Shown here piece after piece: positions 39,309 to 49,498 of a DNA stretch of 64,000 bases. The stretch's first letter is position 1; each line of letters opens with the position of its first letter. The translations under genes and the position numbers were made by a program. A model generated the notes under the pieces. It did not search any database. It saw only the letters and a program-made list of their open reading frames with translations, and had not been told where the DNA came from. This DNA comes from Leptospirillum sp. (GTDB lineage Bacteria; Nitrospirota; Leptospirillia; Leptospirillales; Leptospirillaceae): contig DAHWBS010000001.1 in the NCBI GenBank assembly GCA_027323445.1, positions 2,115-66,114 of the forward strand, given 5' to 3'.

Positions 39309-40250
39309 ATGATTCAGGTCAATGAACTTAAGAAAGAGTATATCCAGAAAGGACAGATGATTACTGCTGTGAATTCTATTTCCTTTGAAGTGGAAAAAGG
39401 GGAATTCTTTTCTTTGCTTGGTCCGAATGGAGCTGGAAAAACAACGACAATATCAATTCTTTCGACAATATTGTCTCCAACCAGCGGAAATGTGCTTATA
39501 AATAAAATAAATGTTGAGGAAGATCCTCATAAAATCAGGCAGCATATAGGAGTTATTTTTCAGGACCCAAGCTTGGATGACCGATTGAGCGCACAGGAAA
39601 ACATGGATTTTCATGGGAGGTTGTATGGCATGTCTCCTGCTGATCGACTTCGCAGGTCAGAGTTGTTGCTAAAAATGGTTGATCTTTGGGATCGAAAGAA
39701 CTCTTTGGTCCGGACCTTTTCGGGAGGAATGAAAAGAAGACTTGAAATTGCCCGAGGATTAATGCACCGGCCTCTTCTTTTGATACTGGACGAGCCTACA
39801 ATAGGTTTGGATCCTAAAAGCAGGAGAGATATCTGGCACTATATTCATGAAGCCCGCAAAGAATGGGGTATGACCATTTTATTGACGACTCATTATCTAG
39901 AAGAGGCTGATGGAGCAGATCGTGTTGCGATCATGAACAAAGGTAAGATTGTCGCGATGGATACCCCATCAAAATTGAAGCAATCCCTTGGTCCAGGCCT
40001 TGTGACTCTGGAGATACCTCCTGATAAAATGGATCAGGTTAAAAATACACTCCTGACTTTTTACGATGTAAGGCATTTTTCTTTGGAAACGGAGTCAACC
40101 TTAAAGTTCCCAATGCCATCAAGCGTTTCATCTCCTGCAGTATTTTTGCAAAGTCTCCCGCCTGTTCTAACAGGTTTTTCGGTCGGTACTCCAACCTTAG
40201 ACGATGTTTTTATATCGCTTACAGGTGATCAGCAGAGTATAAACATATAA
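39309..40250 (+). CDS. ABC-2 exporter ATP-binding protein (DrrA/NodI-like)
   Basis: GPNGAGKTT, FSGGMKRRLEIARG, LDEPTIGLDP, TTHYLEEA. Confidence 0.92.
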   Translation: MIQVNELKKEYIQKGQMITAVNSISFEVEKGEFFSLLGPNGAGKTTTISILSTILSPTSGNVLINKINVEEDPHKIRQHIGVIFQDPSLDDRLSAQENMDFHGRLYGMSPADRLRRSELLLKMVDLWDRKNSLVRTFSGGMKRRLEIARGLMHRPLLLILDEPTIGLDPKSRRDIWHYIHEARKEWGMTILLTTHYLEEADGADRVAIMNKGKIVAMDTPSKLKQSLGPGLVTLEIPPDKMDQVKNTLLTFYDVRHFSLETESTLKFPMPSSVSSPAVFLQSLPPVLTGFSVGTPTLDDVFISLTGDQQSINI

Positions 40251-40312
40251 TAGGTTACTTCCAGAATTGAAATTGTACTATTTTTAAGTTTTAATTTAAA
40301 AAGGTAAATAAA

Positions 40313-41146
40313 ATGATAAATGAACCGGATCAATCCCGTTTAATTCTGGATCTTTTATCAGAACCTGAGCAGTCGATGACCTCTTATGCCCATCTCCGAA
40401 GGGACTTGAGGGGGATTTATACTCTTTGGTTAAGGGATGTGATCAGACTCTGGAGAGATAGAGTTCGCCTTATTGGTTCTTTTATTCAACCAATATTATT
40501 TCTCTTTGTTTTGGGAGGGGGGCTCAAAGGACGCGTTCTCTCTCAAGGCTCCCCGTCAAATTATCAAGTTTTTATCTTTCCCGGTATTATTCTGATGAGT
40601 ATATTGTTTACTTCCTCTTTTGCCGGGATGGCGGTTGTCTGGGACAGGGAAATGGGTTTTTTAAAGGAAGTTCTTGTAGCACCTATTTCCCGGACAGCAG
40701 TCGTTATCGGTAAAATTCTGGGTGGCGCATCGAATAGCTTGATCCAAGGCCTGTTTTTATTAGCGTTGGCTCCCTTTTTAAAGGTATTTCCATCTGTTGG
40801 ACAGATCTTGATGATGTTTGGAGTGATGGTTATTGTTTCGCTATCTCAAACGGCGATGGGGATTGCACTGTCGGCCCGGATGAGTTCAAGCCAGGGCTTT
40901 ATGGTTCTTATGAACTTTATTGTTCTTCCCATCTACTTTCTCTCCGGTGCAATGTTTCCACTGACTCACTTGCCCATATGGCTATCTGTTCTATCGCAAA
41001 TGGATCCGCTGACATATGGGGTTGATTTGATGCGAGGGATTCTCCTGGGAACATTTTATTATTCAATCTATCGGGATATATTGATTATTATGTTCTTTGG
41101 CATATTGATGTTATATATTTCTGTCAGGCAATTTCAGAGAGATTAG
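40313..41146 (+). CDS. ABC-2 exporter permease (DrrB/NodJ-like)
   Basis: DREMGFLKEVLVAPISR, FLSGAMFP, PLTYGVD. Confidence 0.9.
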   Translation: MINEPDQSRLILDLLSEPEQSMTSYAHLRRDLRGIYTLWLRDVIRLWRDRVRLIGSFIQPILFLFVLGGGLKGRVLSQGSPSNYQVFIFPGIILMSILFTSSFAGMAVVWDREMGFLKEVLVAPISRTAVVIGKILGGASNSLIQGLFLLALAPFLKVFPSVGQILMMFGVMVIVSLSQTAMGIALSARMSSSQGFMVLMNFIVLPIYFLSGAMFPLTHLPIWLSVLSQMDPLTYGVDLMRGILLGTFYYSIYRDILIIMFFGILMLYISVRQFQRD

Positions 41147-41195
41147 GAGGCTGAGTCTTCTTTGCTGATGGATCAAGAAGGAAGGAGAATGAAAC

Positions 41196-41687
41196 ATGGC
41201 AGCAGATGTATCGTTTGATATTGTGTCCAAAGTCGATATGCAGGAAGCCAAAAATGCTGTTGAACAGACTAATAAAGAGATTCTGACACGATTTGATCTA
41301 AAGGATACAAAATCTGAGGTAAAGTGGGACAAGTCCGACCTGATCCTTGAAGCCAAGGATGCTCACAAGTTAAAATCTGTCAATGAAATCCTGGACTCAA
41401 AGTGTTTGCGACGAGGAATCTCTCTCAAAAACCTCGACAAGGAAAAGGTTGAGGAGGCGTTGGGCGGGACAGCACGACAACGGATCCGTTTTAAACAGGG
41501 ATTGTCGTCGGAAATTGCCAAAGAAGTCGTTAAGGAGATAAAGGCAAGTAAGTTGAAGGTTCAGCCTCAGGTTCAGGGAGAAATGGTTCGTGTATCCGGA
41601 AAATCAAGAGATGATCTACAGGAGATCATTCAGGTTTTGAAAAACAAGGATTTTGGAATCGATTTACAGTTTACCAACTATCGGTAG
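41196..41687 (+). CDS. yajQ: YajQ family nucleotide/c-di-GMP-binding protein
   Basis: SFDIVS, RFDLK, RVSGKSRDDLQ, LQFTNYR. Confidence 0.93.
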   Translation: MAADVSFDIVSKVDMQEAKNAVEQTNKEILTRFDLKDTKSEVKWDKSDLILEAKDAHKLKSVNEILDSKCLRRGISLKNLDKEKVEEALGGTARQRIRFKQGLSSEIAKEVVKEIKASKLKVQPQVQGEMVRVSGKSRDDLQEIIQVLKNKDFGIDLQFTNYR

Positions 41688-41791
41688 TTCGGGCTGATTC
41701 TGGATTCTAATGAGCGGGAACGACCTTTTCCCTTCAACTGCTTTAATGATATAAAATCTGATTCCAGAAGGTTTTCTGGAGAGGGGGGCAT

Positions 41792-42781
41792 GTGTACTTT
41801 AGAAAACAAATTCTGGGATCCTTGATTTTCTTGGGAATGCTGATTCAGACATCCTGTATTACTGTGAATCTGCTTCCCCCAAGTAACGGATTAAAGGAAG
41901 AAGTTGTTTCGGGAAAAGGCTCTCCTGACAAGCTGTTATTGATCCCCGTAGATGGCTTTATCGGGGATAGGGCTCAAAAGGGGATACCATTCCTCGGTGG
42001 TCGTGAAGATACTGTCACTGCAATGCGTTCAATGTTGAAAAAGGCGGAACATGATCCCAGCGTCAGAGGAGTCATCTTCCTCATCGATAGCCCTGGAGGA
42101 TCTGTGACCGCTTCCGATCGCATCTACCATATGATCCGTTCATTCCGCCAGAGACATCCCATACCTGTTTTTGCGCTCATTGAAGATATAGGCGCTTCAG
42201 GAGCTTACTACATTGCCATGGGGGCTGATGAGGTATGGGTTCATCCAACGAGTATCGTGGGCAGTATCGGAGTTGTTGTCTTCAATGTGGGTGTAACCGG
42301 TTTGATGAAGAAAATTGGCGTAACTGATCGGTCAATTACATCAGGCGATGAAAAGGAAATGGGATCTCCTTTCAGGCATATGTCGACAAAAGATCAGCAA
42401 ATTTTTCAGGATCTGGTTGCAGACCTCTATGGCCAGTTTCTGGGAGTTGTCTCAAAAAACAGGCAGATTCCGCCAGATCAGCTTAAATCAATAGCGGATG
42501 GAAGAGTCTATACCGCAAGGCAGGCAATCAAGCTTCATCTCGCGGACAGGATCGGTTACAGGGAGGATCTTGTGGCACATCTTGAGCGTGTCATGCATGT
42601 CAGAAAGTTCGAGCTTGTTCGCTATCAGGAGCCCTTTTTATCAGGGACGGGCTTGTTTGGAGAATCTAGTTCTGCAGGCTCACCGGTAGCAGATCCGTCT
42701 CTTTTGATTCCTGAACTTAAAAAGCTTGGTCCAACACCTCTTTATTTCTGGTCACCGTCTCTTGGTGCGAGCATGAAGTAG
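41792..42781 (+). CDS. sppA: Signal peptide peptidase SppA (S49)
   Basis: IDSPGGSV, ASGAYYIA, GSIGV, ADGRVYTA. Confidence 0.92.
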   Translation: MYFRKQILGSLIFLGMLIQTSCITVNLLPPSNGLKEEVVSGKGSPDKLLLIPVDGFIGDRAQKGIPFLGGREDTVTAMRSMLKKAEHDPSVRGVIFLIDSPGGSVTASDRIYHMIRSFRQRHPIPVFALIEDIGASGAYYIAMGADEVWVHPTSIVGSIGVVVFNVGVTGLMKKIGVTDRSITSGDEKEMGSPFRHMSTKDQQIFQDLVADLYGQFLGVVSKNRQIPPDQLKSIADGRVYTARQAIKLHLADRIGYREDLVAHLERVMHVRKFELVRYQEPFLSGTGLFGESSSAGSPVADPSLLIPELKKLGPTPLYFWSPSLGASMK

Positions 42782-43113
42782 GGAGACTCTCCCAGCAATT
42801 TCCATGTTTTTTGGGGGTGGCTTTTACAAAAAGCCGCCCTTTTGTCTTGATAAAACAATGTCCATTCTTTCAATAAAGAGGAGTCTTTGATCAAGGATCG
42901 GTTTCTCGCCGGATGAGTACAAATCTTTTGAATTTGTTCAGGCGTTAGCGAGTGATATATCTTTAGGGCAATATGACGATGTGTTTGTCCCCAGTAGGCA
43001 ACAGAGTACTCTCCGTCAGCACTGGAAGCGTGTCCGCTTTCGGACAGGATCAGGATGCTTGATGTGGCTATTACAAGAATAGCCGTTTTAAGACAAAGAA
43101 TATTTTTTTTCAT
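42742..43113 (-). CDS. Hypothetical exported protein
   Basis: AAGGA RBS; signal-peptide-like N-terminus; two Cys. Confidence 0.55.
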   Translation of the reverse strand: MKKNILCLKTAILVIATSSILILSESGHASSADGEYSVAYWGQTHRHIALKIYHSLTPEQIQKICTHPARNRSLIKDSSLLKEWTLFYQDKRAAFCKSHPQKTWKLLGESPYFMLAPRDGDQK

Positions 43114-43124
43114 GGGCTTCCTTT

Positions 43125-44393
43125 CTATCCATTTTCAGGGATGTAAACCCAAATAAGATCATTCAGATTCGTGCCAGTGACTCCTGTTTTGATAGCCCAC
43201 CCGTTTTTCTGAATAATCGGTTTAGTGTTATGGTTCCATAATGAATCCTGTATCTTTGACCGCTGGATCTTTCCAAACGTGTGTCCTGGGATAATACATC
43301 CTGCAAGCCCTGAGTTGCCGTCGTTCCCGTCCGTTGCCAACGCACCAACAACAAATGAATGTATTCCACCATCATGGAGTGTTTGTGCAAGTGACAGCGA
43401 AAGCTCCAGTGTCCGTCCCCCTTTGCCGTTGGTCTCTCCAAGTGAGACGGTTGTTTCGCCTGCACCAATAAAAAGTTGACTGTGAGCAGATGCGGTTCTG
43501 TTGTAGACAAGGAGAGATGCAAGGATGGCCCCAACTGTCTGGGCGTCCCCTTTGATAAGGTCTGACCAGATATGTGTATCGGTATTTGGTATCTGGAGAA
43601 ATGGTAGGGACTTTTGAATGACTGTGCGGGTATTTCCTATTACAAGTGGATCGTGAACGAAAAGACGATGAGTCTTCGTGTTTTTTGGCTTTCGGAATGC
43701 TCTGGGAATAGACGCAGAAATATTTAATGATTTAAGGATTCTACCTGCTGTGTTGCTTCTCTCAGGTTTTGTAGGAATTGTGGGGCCGGAGCCGACTGTT
43801 TCCGGTGGCAATCCCGGTGTGTCGGAGAGAACAATAGTCAATGATTCTGACCCGTGGAAAAAGTTCAGCAGTTTTCCTCCTTTCACGCGAGATAGTGCCG
43901 ATCTGACCTGATTGATTTCATCAATAGGCAATCCTTTTTTCATGAGAGTTGTGATGACTTGAACTTTTTTTTCCAGGGTGATCTGATGAACTGGTGCGGA
44001 TAGGAGGCTCGAAGTGCCTCCTGAGATAGCGGAAATAAGTGTTGTCCCAGGGGGGAGTGTGGAGATTTTTTCAAGAATGTTTTGTGTTGATTTAATGCTG
44101 CAAGGTCCCGGAAGGGGATGTTCTCCGTAGAGTACCGGATAGTTCCTGGGTGCTGCGGATCCTTTGGGGATTAATGTTAAAGTCATTTCAGCAGGGATAT
44201 TCCATCGGGGTGCGATCGCTTCTGTCATTCCGGAAGCCGCTTTTCCGATTGACAGCAAGAAAAATGGAGGGGTCAGGCCAAGGTTTTTAGGATCACTGGG
44301 GAGTTTCTGTAAAAGAAGAGATTCGGGTGAAAGAGTCCCAAGGATTTTATCGACCGCATCTCTTGAATGGTTTGCGTACTGCGCTTCATTCAA
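43125..44393 (-). CDS. Glycerate kinase type 2 (MOFRL/TtuD family)
   Basis: IGKAA, HPLP, ISGGTSSL, SRVKGG, GSGPT, GETTV, GGR, TDGNDG, TGTNLND. Confidence 0.88.
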   Translation of the reverse strand: MNEAQYANHSRDAVDKILGTLSPESLLLQKLPSDPKNLGLTPPFFLLSIGKAASGMTEAIAPRWNIPAEMTLTLIPKGSAAPRNYPVLYGEHPLPGPCSIKSTQNILEKISTLPPGTTLISAISGGTSSLLSAPVHQITLEKKVQVITTLMKKGLPIDEINQVRSALSRVKGGKLLNFFHGSESLTIVLSDTPGLPPETVGSGPTIPTKPERSNTAGRILKSLNISASIPRAFRKPKNTKTHRLFVHDPLVIGNTRTVIQKSLPFLQIPNTDTHIWSDLIKGDAQTVGAILASLLVYNRTASAHSQLFIGAGETTVSLGETNGKGGRTLELSLSLAQTLHDGGIHSFVVGALATDGNDGNSGLAGCIIPGHTFGKIQRSKIQDSLWNHNTKPIIQKNGWAIKTGVTGTNLNDLIWVYIPENG

Positions 44394-44406
44394 TGGAAGT
44401 CCTTTA

Positions 44407-44652
44407 TCAATGAGTTTCCGAATATGTTTTCTGACAATCGGAACTGCAGAAATAGACTGTTCCTTTTTCCGACCTCATTTTCAGGGTTGAAGGTGCTTCC
44501 GGGTCGACAAAGGTTCCACAAACGGGATCTCTTTGTAGCGACGCCGTTTTCAATACAGGGGTTTGGTATGTTGTTCTTGGGCGTAGCAGCTTTAGAAAAA
44601 TGAATAATCCGGGAATAAGCATGAGAAAAAATAACAGTCTTATAAGAAGCAT
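44407..44652 (-). CDS. YHS/TRASH-domain small membrane protein
   Basis: N-terminal TM; RDPVCG..VYFCSSDC. Confidence 0.85.
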   Translation of the reverse strand: MLLIRLLFFLMLIPGLFIFLKLLRPRTTYQTPVLKTASLQRDPVCGTFVDPEAPSTLKMRSEKGTVYFCSSDCQKTYSETH

Positions 44653-44663
44653 TGAACCTCTCT

Positions 44664-45800
44664 ATGGAGCCGGATGATATGGCTGTTCGGACGATGACTT
44701 TTCGGGACTACATGGAATGGTCCCTGCTTGATCCTGATATAGGATACTACACACATCGGGCAAAAATTGGTTTTTCTGGAAGTGACTTTGTAACAGCTCC
44801 AGAGGTCAGCCCTGTTTTCTCGCTTTTGATAGCGGAGCAAGTTGTAGAGCTTGACGGGTATCTTGGAAATCCTGAGAAATTTTATCTGATTGAGGCAGGA
44901 CCCGGCAATGGGACATTGATGCGCTCAATTTTAACCTATATGAAACTGATCGAACCCCATCTTTTTGATCGAGTTTGTCCTGTAATGATTGAAGCGAGTC
45001 CATTTTTAAAACAGCATCAGGAAAAACAGTTGTCGGGACTTCTTCTCAAAAACCCTCCTGTCTGGCTGGACATAACGAGCCTTCCAGCGGAGAAGATGGA
45101 GGGGGTTATTTTGGGAAATGAATTTCTGGATGCCCTTCCTGCCCATTGGATTAAATCGATCAATGGGGAGCTTATGGAGGTTTATGTTGAAATAGAAACA
45201 GATGGAGTTGTGAGACAAACACACAAGCCGCTTCTGAATCCCGAGATAAGGCAATATTTTAATTGGGTCGGTGTCCGTTTACCAGATGGATGTGAAACGG
45301 AGGTTTCCCTGAGTGCCATTTCTATGTTGGAGAAACTGGACTCGATAATGAGACGGGGATTTATGTTGTGGATTGATTACGGTGATAGTTCCTCTGAAAA
45401 ATATTCAAAGAGAAGGAATCGTGGAACTCTCAGAGGGTTCAAGGACCATCAGTTGATCGACCAGGTCCTGGCACACCCTCCGGGAAGCATTGACCTTACG
45501 GCACATGTTGATTTTACCGGTGTATTAAAACGTCTTCTGGAGCTGGGACATCGCCTGGAGGGATACAGTGACCAGATGTCGTACCTTATTGCCCTGGGGA
45601 TTGAGCAGGTTCTTGAAGAAAATCAATTGAGCGAATCGGAAGCACTTGCAGCATCTACCCTTATCCACCCCCTGCAAATGGGAAGGATTTTTAAAGTATT
45701 GCTCACCTCAAAGGGCGTCGAGCAAAAGGCAGGACTGAAAGGTTTCCCCAGAGAGTCTCTTCTTCCTCTTTTTGTTCCAGAGAATGGATTCCAAGTATAA
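44664..45800 (+). CDS. SAM-dependent methyltransferase, MidA/NDUFAF7 family
   Basis: FRDYM..L..P..GYY, DFVTAPE, EAGPGNG, NEFLDALP, IDYG, DLTAHVDF. Confidence 0.9.
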   Translation: MEPDDMAVRTMTFRDYMEWSLLDPDIGYYTHRAKIGFSGSDFVTAPEVSPVFSLLIAEQVVELDGYLGNPEKFYLIEAGPGNGTLMRSILTYMKLIEPHLFDRVCPVMIEASPFLKQHQEKQLSGLLLKNPPVWLDITSLPAEKMEGVILGNEFLDALPAHWIKSINGELMEVYVEIETDGVVRQTHKPLLNPEIRQYFNWVGVRLPDGCETEVSLSAISMLEKLDSIMRRGFMLWIDYGDSSSEKYSKRRNRGTLRGFKDHQLIDQVLAHPPGSIDLTAHVDFTGVLKRLLELGHRLEGYSDQMSYLIALGIEQVLEENQLSESEALAASTLIHPLQMGRIFKVLLTSKGVEQKAGLKGFPRESLLPLFVPENGFQV

Positions 45801-45809
45801 TGACCGGAT

Positions 45810-46163
45810 TTAATTCTTTGTTGTCATGTTAGACAAAATATAATCGGTAACCGCGTCTGCCTCATCTGTTGAAAGATAGCTTTTTCCGGTTTGCTCCATA
45901 TAACGGTTCATTTTTTTGACAAGGATTCTCCATTGGTCTGGAGTATGGGATTTGAAAACGGGGAGAGTATGGCATTGAACGCATGATTCTTCAAAAAGGG
46001 TCTTTCCGGATGCGAGAGGGAAGAGTCTTTGGGTTTGCTGGTTTTTTTCATGGGTTCCTTTTTGGGTCGGAAGTGAAACAAGAACAGCAAACGCCACCAA
46101 TGCAAAAAGGACTGTGACTCCTATGGCAGTGGAGTTTTTCATGGGTGGTTTGATTGGACTCAT
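45810..46163 (-). CDS. Membrane-anchored monoheme cytochrome c
   Basis: TM; GKTLFEESCVQCH; W...VKKM. Confidence 0.85.
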   Translation of the reverse strand: MSPIKPPMKNSTAIGVTVLFALVAFAVLVSLPTQKGTHEKNQQTQRLFPLASGKTLFEESCVQCHTLPVFKSHTPDQWRILVKKMNRYMEQTGKSYLSTDEADAVTDYILSNMTTKN

Positions 46164-46780
46164 GAAGACTCCTTTGCTGTCCGGATGATAACTGGAATGA
46201 GTTCGTTTTTGATCGCATCATCTACCATGGATCCGATCAGGGATGGAGGGGCATGTCGATGGAAGAGTGCCTCAGGAGTTGGTGACTGGTGCCGGGTAAT
46301 CGTTCCTGACATTGATCGTGTGGTTCCATCAGATGAATGCGTTATGATCTTGTAGCTCAAGATAACAACAGCTTTTTGCCGGACGTTAAGGGGAGCTGCT
46401 GCGACCCTGTCTTCAATTTTTTCGATGGAAACGGAAACAGCCAGAGGATGGTCTGATGTTTTTGCCATTTGTACGGATATTCCCTCATTAACCAAGTCTC
46501 GCTCGATTTCCTCCTGAATGCTTTGCGGCAAGGATTTTTTCACCAACAAATGCGACCGGCTTCCAAGGGCATGAAAAAGTGTTCCAAGCCTTTTTTCACT
46601 TCCATTGTCCTTGATCGGAAGAAGCCAGACGGAAACTTCAGGGGAAGATTTTTCAGATGGTGCAGATTTTGGGAATTGGAGTTCACTGACGACCACCGGT
46701 GGTTCAAGGGAATTAGCACATCCCGAGAAGAAAGAGATGAGGCCTATTGCTGCCAGTCCTAGAATTGATTTTCTTTTCAT
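46160..46780 (-). CDS. Putative lipoprotein
   Basis: MKRKSILGL...FFSGC lipobox. Confidence 0.7.
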   Translation of the reverse strand: MKRKSILGLAAIGLISFFSGCANSLEPPVVVSELQFPKSAPSEKSSPEVSVWLLPIKDNGSEKRLGTLFHALGSRSHLLVKKSLPQSIQEEIERDLVNEGISVQMAKTSDHPLAVSVSIEKIEDRVAAAPLNVRQKAVVILSYKIITHSSDGTTRSMSGTITRHQSPTPEALFHRHAPPSLIGSMVDDAIKNELIPVIIRTAKESS

Positions 46781-46799
46781 GAACAATATTCCTTCAGGT

Positions 46800-47216
46800 T
46801 TATTTTTCTGGAAGAACCTTGATTGATCCATCATATTCACTTCGCTGGTCTTTGGAAGGGTTAAGCCAGAGAAGTTTGACGGAATGGACCCCTGAGGTTA
46901 ACGGAGGCAGATCGATCGATGCCTGTTTTGTCCTCGATATATCGGATATTGCAACTGCCTTTCCATCAATGTCAACTTCCATGTGGTAGAATTGATCATT
47001 GACAGGAGATTGGGGGAAGAAGACCTGAATGGTCATCTTTGTGTTTTCTTTTGACGGTGGAGGCCATACGATATACAGTTCTTTCTGAAGGGATTGGGCA
47101 AATCCGTTTCCTGCTCCGAAAAAGAGGGTGCCCATGAATACGATCATTAAAACAGTCACTCTTTTCCGAAAGTACTGATTCGACAGGTTACTGACCCTTT
47201 GATAGAATGGTTTCAT
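46800..47216 (-). CDS. Hypothetical exported protein (start uncertain)
   Basis: Hydrophobic stretch with GFA cleavage site, then a beta-rich domain. Confidence 0.55.
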   Translation of the reverse strand: MKPFYQRVSNLSNQYFRKRVTVLMIVFMGTLFFGAGNGFAQSLQKELYIVWPPPSKENTKMTIQVFFPQSPVNDQFYHMEVDIDGKAVAISDISRTKQASIDLPPLTSGVHSVKLLWLNPSKDQRSEYDGSIKVLPEK

Positions 47217-47715
47217 GCTGATCAATTCCTCTTCACCTCTCTTTCTAAAATACATCATTGCGGAGCGCATTGCGAAGGGATCTCTCGTTCTGGCATTGGG
47301 GATCGGTGGACTTTCCCTTGTGCCGCTGGATTTGTCAAGTCTTGTCCAGAAAGCAGGATTGACTCTGCACATTGATCTGGATAGCCCTTGGCTTGATTAT
47401 CTGATTCATGCATCAGGGAGAATTAATCCAGTCGCTCTTAAATTGGCCTCTTTCCTGGTCGTTTGTTACGGAGTCTTGAACTACTTTGTTGCATGGGGTT
47501 TGCATCGAAGATTCCGATGGGCTGAATATATGACCATCATTGAAATATCTGCCCTGATTCCATTCGAAGTTTATGCTATTGATCAAAAATTTTCCTTGTT
47601 TCGATTGGCCGCCTTTTGTCTCAACATCCTGATTGTCTGGTATTTGTTGAAGAACCGTTCCCTTTTCCATTCGATGTCAAATGACATCGAGCCCATTCTC
47701 CCACCTTCGGTCTGA
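47215..47715 (+). CDS. DUF2127-like membrane protein
   Basis: IIAE..KG, YG....AWGL....WAEY, IPFEVY, LNILIVWYL. Confidence 0.75.
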   Translation: MLINSSSPLFLKYIIAERIAKGSLVLALGIGGLSLVPLDLSSLVQKAGLTLHIDLDSPWLDYLIHASGRINPVALKLASFLVVCYGVLNYFVAWGLHRRFRWAEYMTIIEISALIPFEVYAIDQKFSLFRLAAFCLNILIVWYLLKNRSLFHSMSNDIEPILPPSV

Positions 47716-47723
47716 AGGATTCC

Positions 47724-48923
47724 TTGCTCATTCTTCTTTTTTTCTCGAATTGTCTTAACTATCTGGATCGTCAATTATTCCTCTCCCTTCTTCCTGCCAT
47801 GAAGAATCTCTATCAATTGAGTGATCCTGCTATTGGTCTCCTCGCCTCCTCTTTTACATTGGCCTACCTTGTAGCAGCTCCCGTAGCCGGCTTTTGGGGG
47901 ATGAGATTCCGTATGGAGAAATTGCTTGGCGGTGGGGTCTTGCTCTTTTCGATCGGGATGCTGATTTCCTCTATGGCCGAATTTCGATGGATGCTTTTTT
48001 CCGGAAGGGCATTGACCGGATTCGGGGAAGCGGTGCTCTCAACACTGGGTCCTGTGTACCTTTACAATTTTGTGTCTGTTTCGAAAGGTGCAAGGTTGGG
48101 ATGGTTCTATCTTGCCATTCCGTTGGGTTCGGCGATGGGGTTTTTGATGGGAGGAGCTTTTATTCTGAGGATGACCGTTCAGCATATTCTGTTGCTTCCC
48201 GTTCTTCCCGGACTGATATTCGCCCTGTTTTTTATTTTACGCAGAGAAGAATCGGCTTCTATGAGTTTTTCGTCACCTTTTTTCCTGAAAGATATTTTAT
48301 TCTGGAAGAGCTTCTTGAAAAACTTTCCCAAGGCAGACAAAGATATGGTCTTGATGAGCTTCGCGGTTCAGACGCTAGTGACCTTTGTCCTCGGGGGGAT
48401 GGCTGCCTGGATGACTTTTTATTTCATCAGGGTGAAAATGTTTCCTATCTCGACGATTGAGTCTTTGACCGGAGGATTGCTTTTGCTGGGAGGAATCGTC
48501 GGAATGCTGGGTGGGGGGAAACTCCTTGATCGGGAAATCAGGATGCGTCCGAAAACTCCGTTTCATGGGCCCACACTATTGGGTCTTTGTTCTGCCTTGG
48601 CGGGAGTTCTGATCGTGATTGCAGGGAATACATTGATTGTCTGCAGCCTTGGATTGCTCCTGGCCATTTCTGGAATTTTTCTTGTTTTTGTTCCATTGAA
48701 CTGGATTCTCCTTTCACGGAACAGTCAACTTTCTCCGGCAGTCTTGATCGGAATGAGCCTTCTCGTCTCGCATCTTCTGGGAGATCTTCTGTCCCCCTCC
48801 CTTATCGGTGAGGTTTCACAGTATTGGGGGCTTTCCATCGCGGTTGAAATCAATCTCATTATTCCACTGATTATGGCGATCGTAATCTATGCCGGATATG
48901 CGAGAAAAAGGAGCGATTTCTGA
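47724..48923 (+). CDS. MFS transporter (spinster-like)
   Basis: NCLNYLDRQ, GRALTGFGEA, AIPLGSAMG, HLLGD..SP. Confidence 0.88.
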   Translation: MLILLFFSNCLNYLDRQLFLSLLPAMKNLYQLSDPAIGLLASSFTLAYLVAAPVAGFWGMRFRMEKLLGGGVLLFSIGMLISSMAEFRWMLFSGRALTGFGEAVLSTLGPVYLYNFVSVSKGARLGWFYLAIPLGSAMGFLMGGAFILRMTVQHILLLPVLPGLIFALFFILRREESASMSFSSPFFLKDILFWKSFLKNFPKADKDMVLMSFAVQTLVTFVLGGMAAWMTFYFIRVKMFPISTIESLTGGLLLLGGIVGMLGGGKLLDREIRMRPKTPFHGPTLLGLCSALAGVLIVIAGNTLIVCSLGLLLAISGIFLVFVPLNWILLSRNSQLSPAVLIGMSLLVSHLLGDLLSPSLIGEVSQYWGLSIAVEINLIIPLIMAIVIYAGYARKRSDF

Positions 48924-49039
48924 AAAGTCACATTGGGAATTCTGAATCTTTGTTTTTTTGAACCAATGGAAAAGACGGTAACCTTGGTGTACTATGGAAT
49001 CAAATAAAAACACATGATGATCGTTGAGGAGGGTTCATT

Positions 49040-49498
49040 TTGACCGCAAAAGATTTGATGGCTTCTGCTGTGGTTTCAATATCTCCGGAGGCTTCCCTGA
49101 AAGAACTTGCAGATCTTCTTGTTCTGCATCGGATCAACGGAGTTGTCGTGGCGAATGCACCGGGGGGGTTTTTGGGTGTTGTTGGAGAGCACGATCTGAT
49201 CCATCATGAAAAGCCTTTACATATCCCAACAGCTGTTTCCCTTTTTGATGCATGGCTTTTTCTGGAACCACCCTCTCATTTAAAAAAAGAGATTGAGCGC
49301 CTTGCGGCCACTCAGGTTGGCGATATCTACCAACATAATCCTCCCACTGTTGCCCCAGAAACACAGATTGCGGACCTTGCCGGGATTTTTGAGAAAACGG
49401 GAGTCGACATTTTGCCCGTTTTGGAAAAGGGGAAGCTTGTCGGAGTTGTTGGGAGAGGAGATCTTGTCCGGGCCATGGCCGATGGCGAAGCAAACTGA
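49040..49498 (+). CDS. CBS domain pair protein
   Basis: AKDLM, ING..V, GVVGE.DL, LPV....LVGVVGRGDL; GAGGAGG RBS. Confidence 0.9.
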   Translation: MTAKDLMASAVVSISPEASLKELADLLVLHRINGVVVANAPGGFLGVVGEHDLIHHEKPLHIPTAVSLFDAWLFLEPPSHLKKEIERLAATQVGDIYQHNPPTVAPETQIADLAGIFEKTGVDILPVLEKGKLVGVVGRGDLVRAMADGEAN

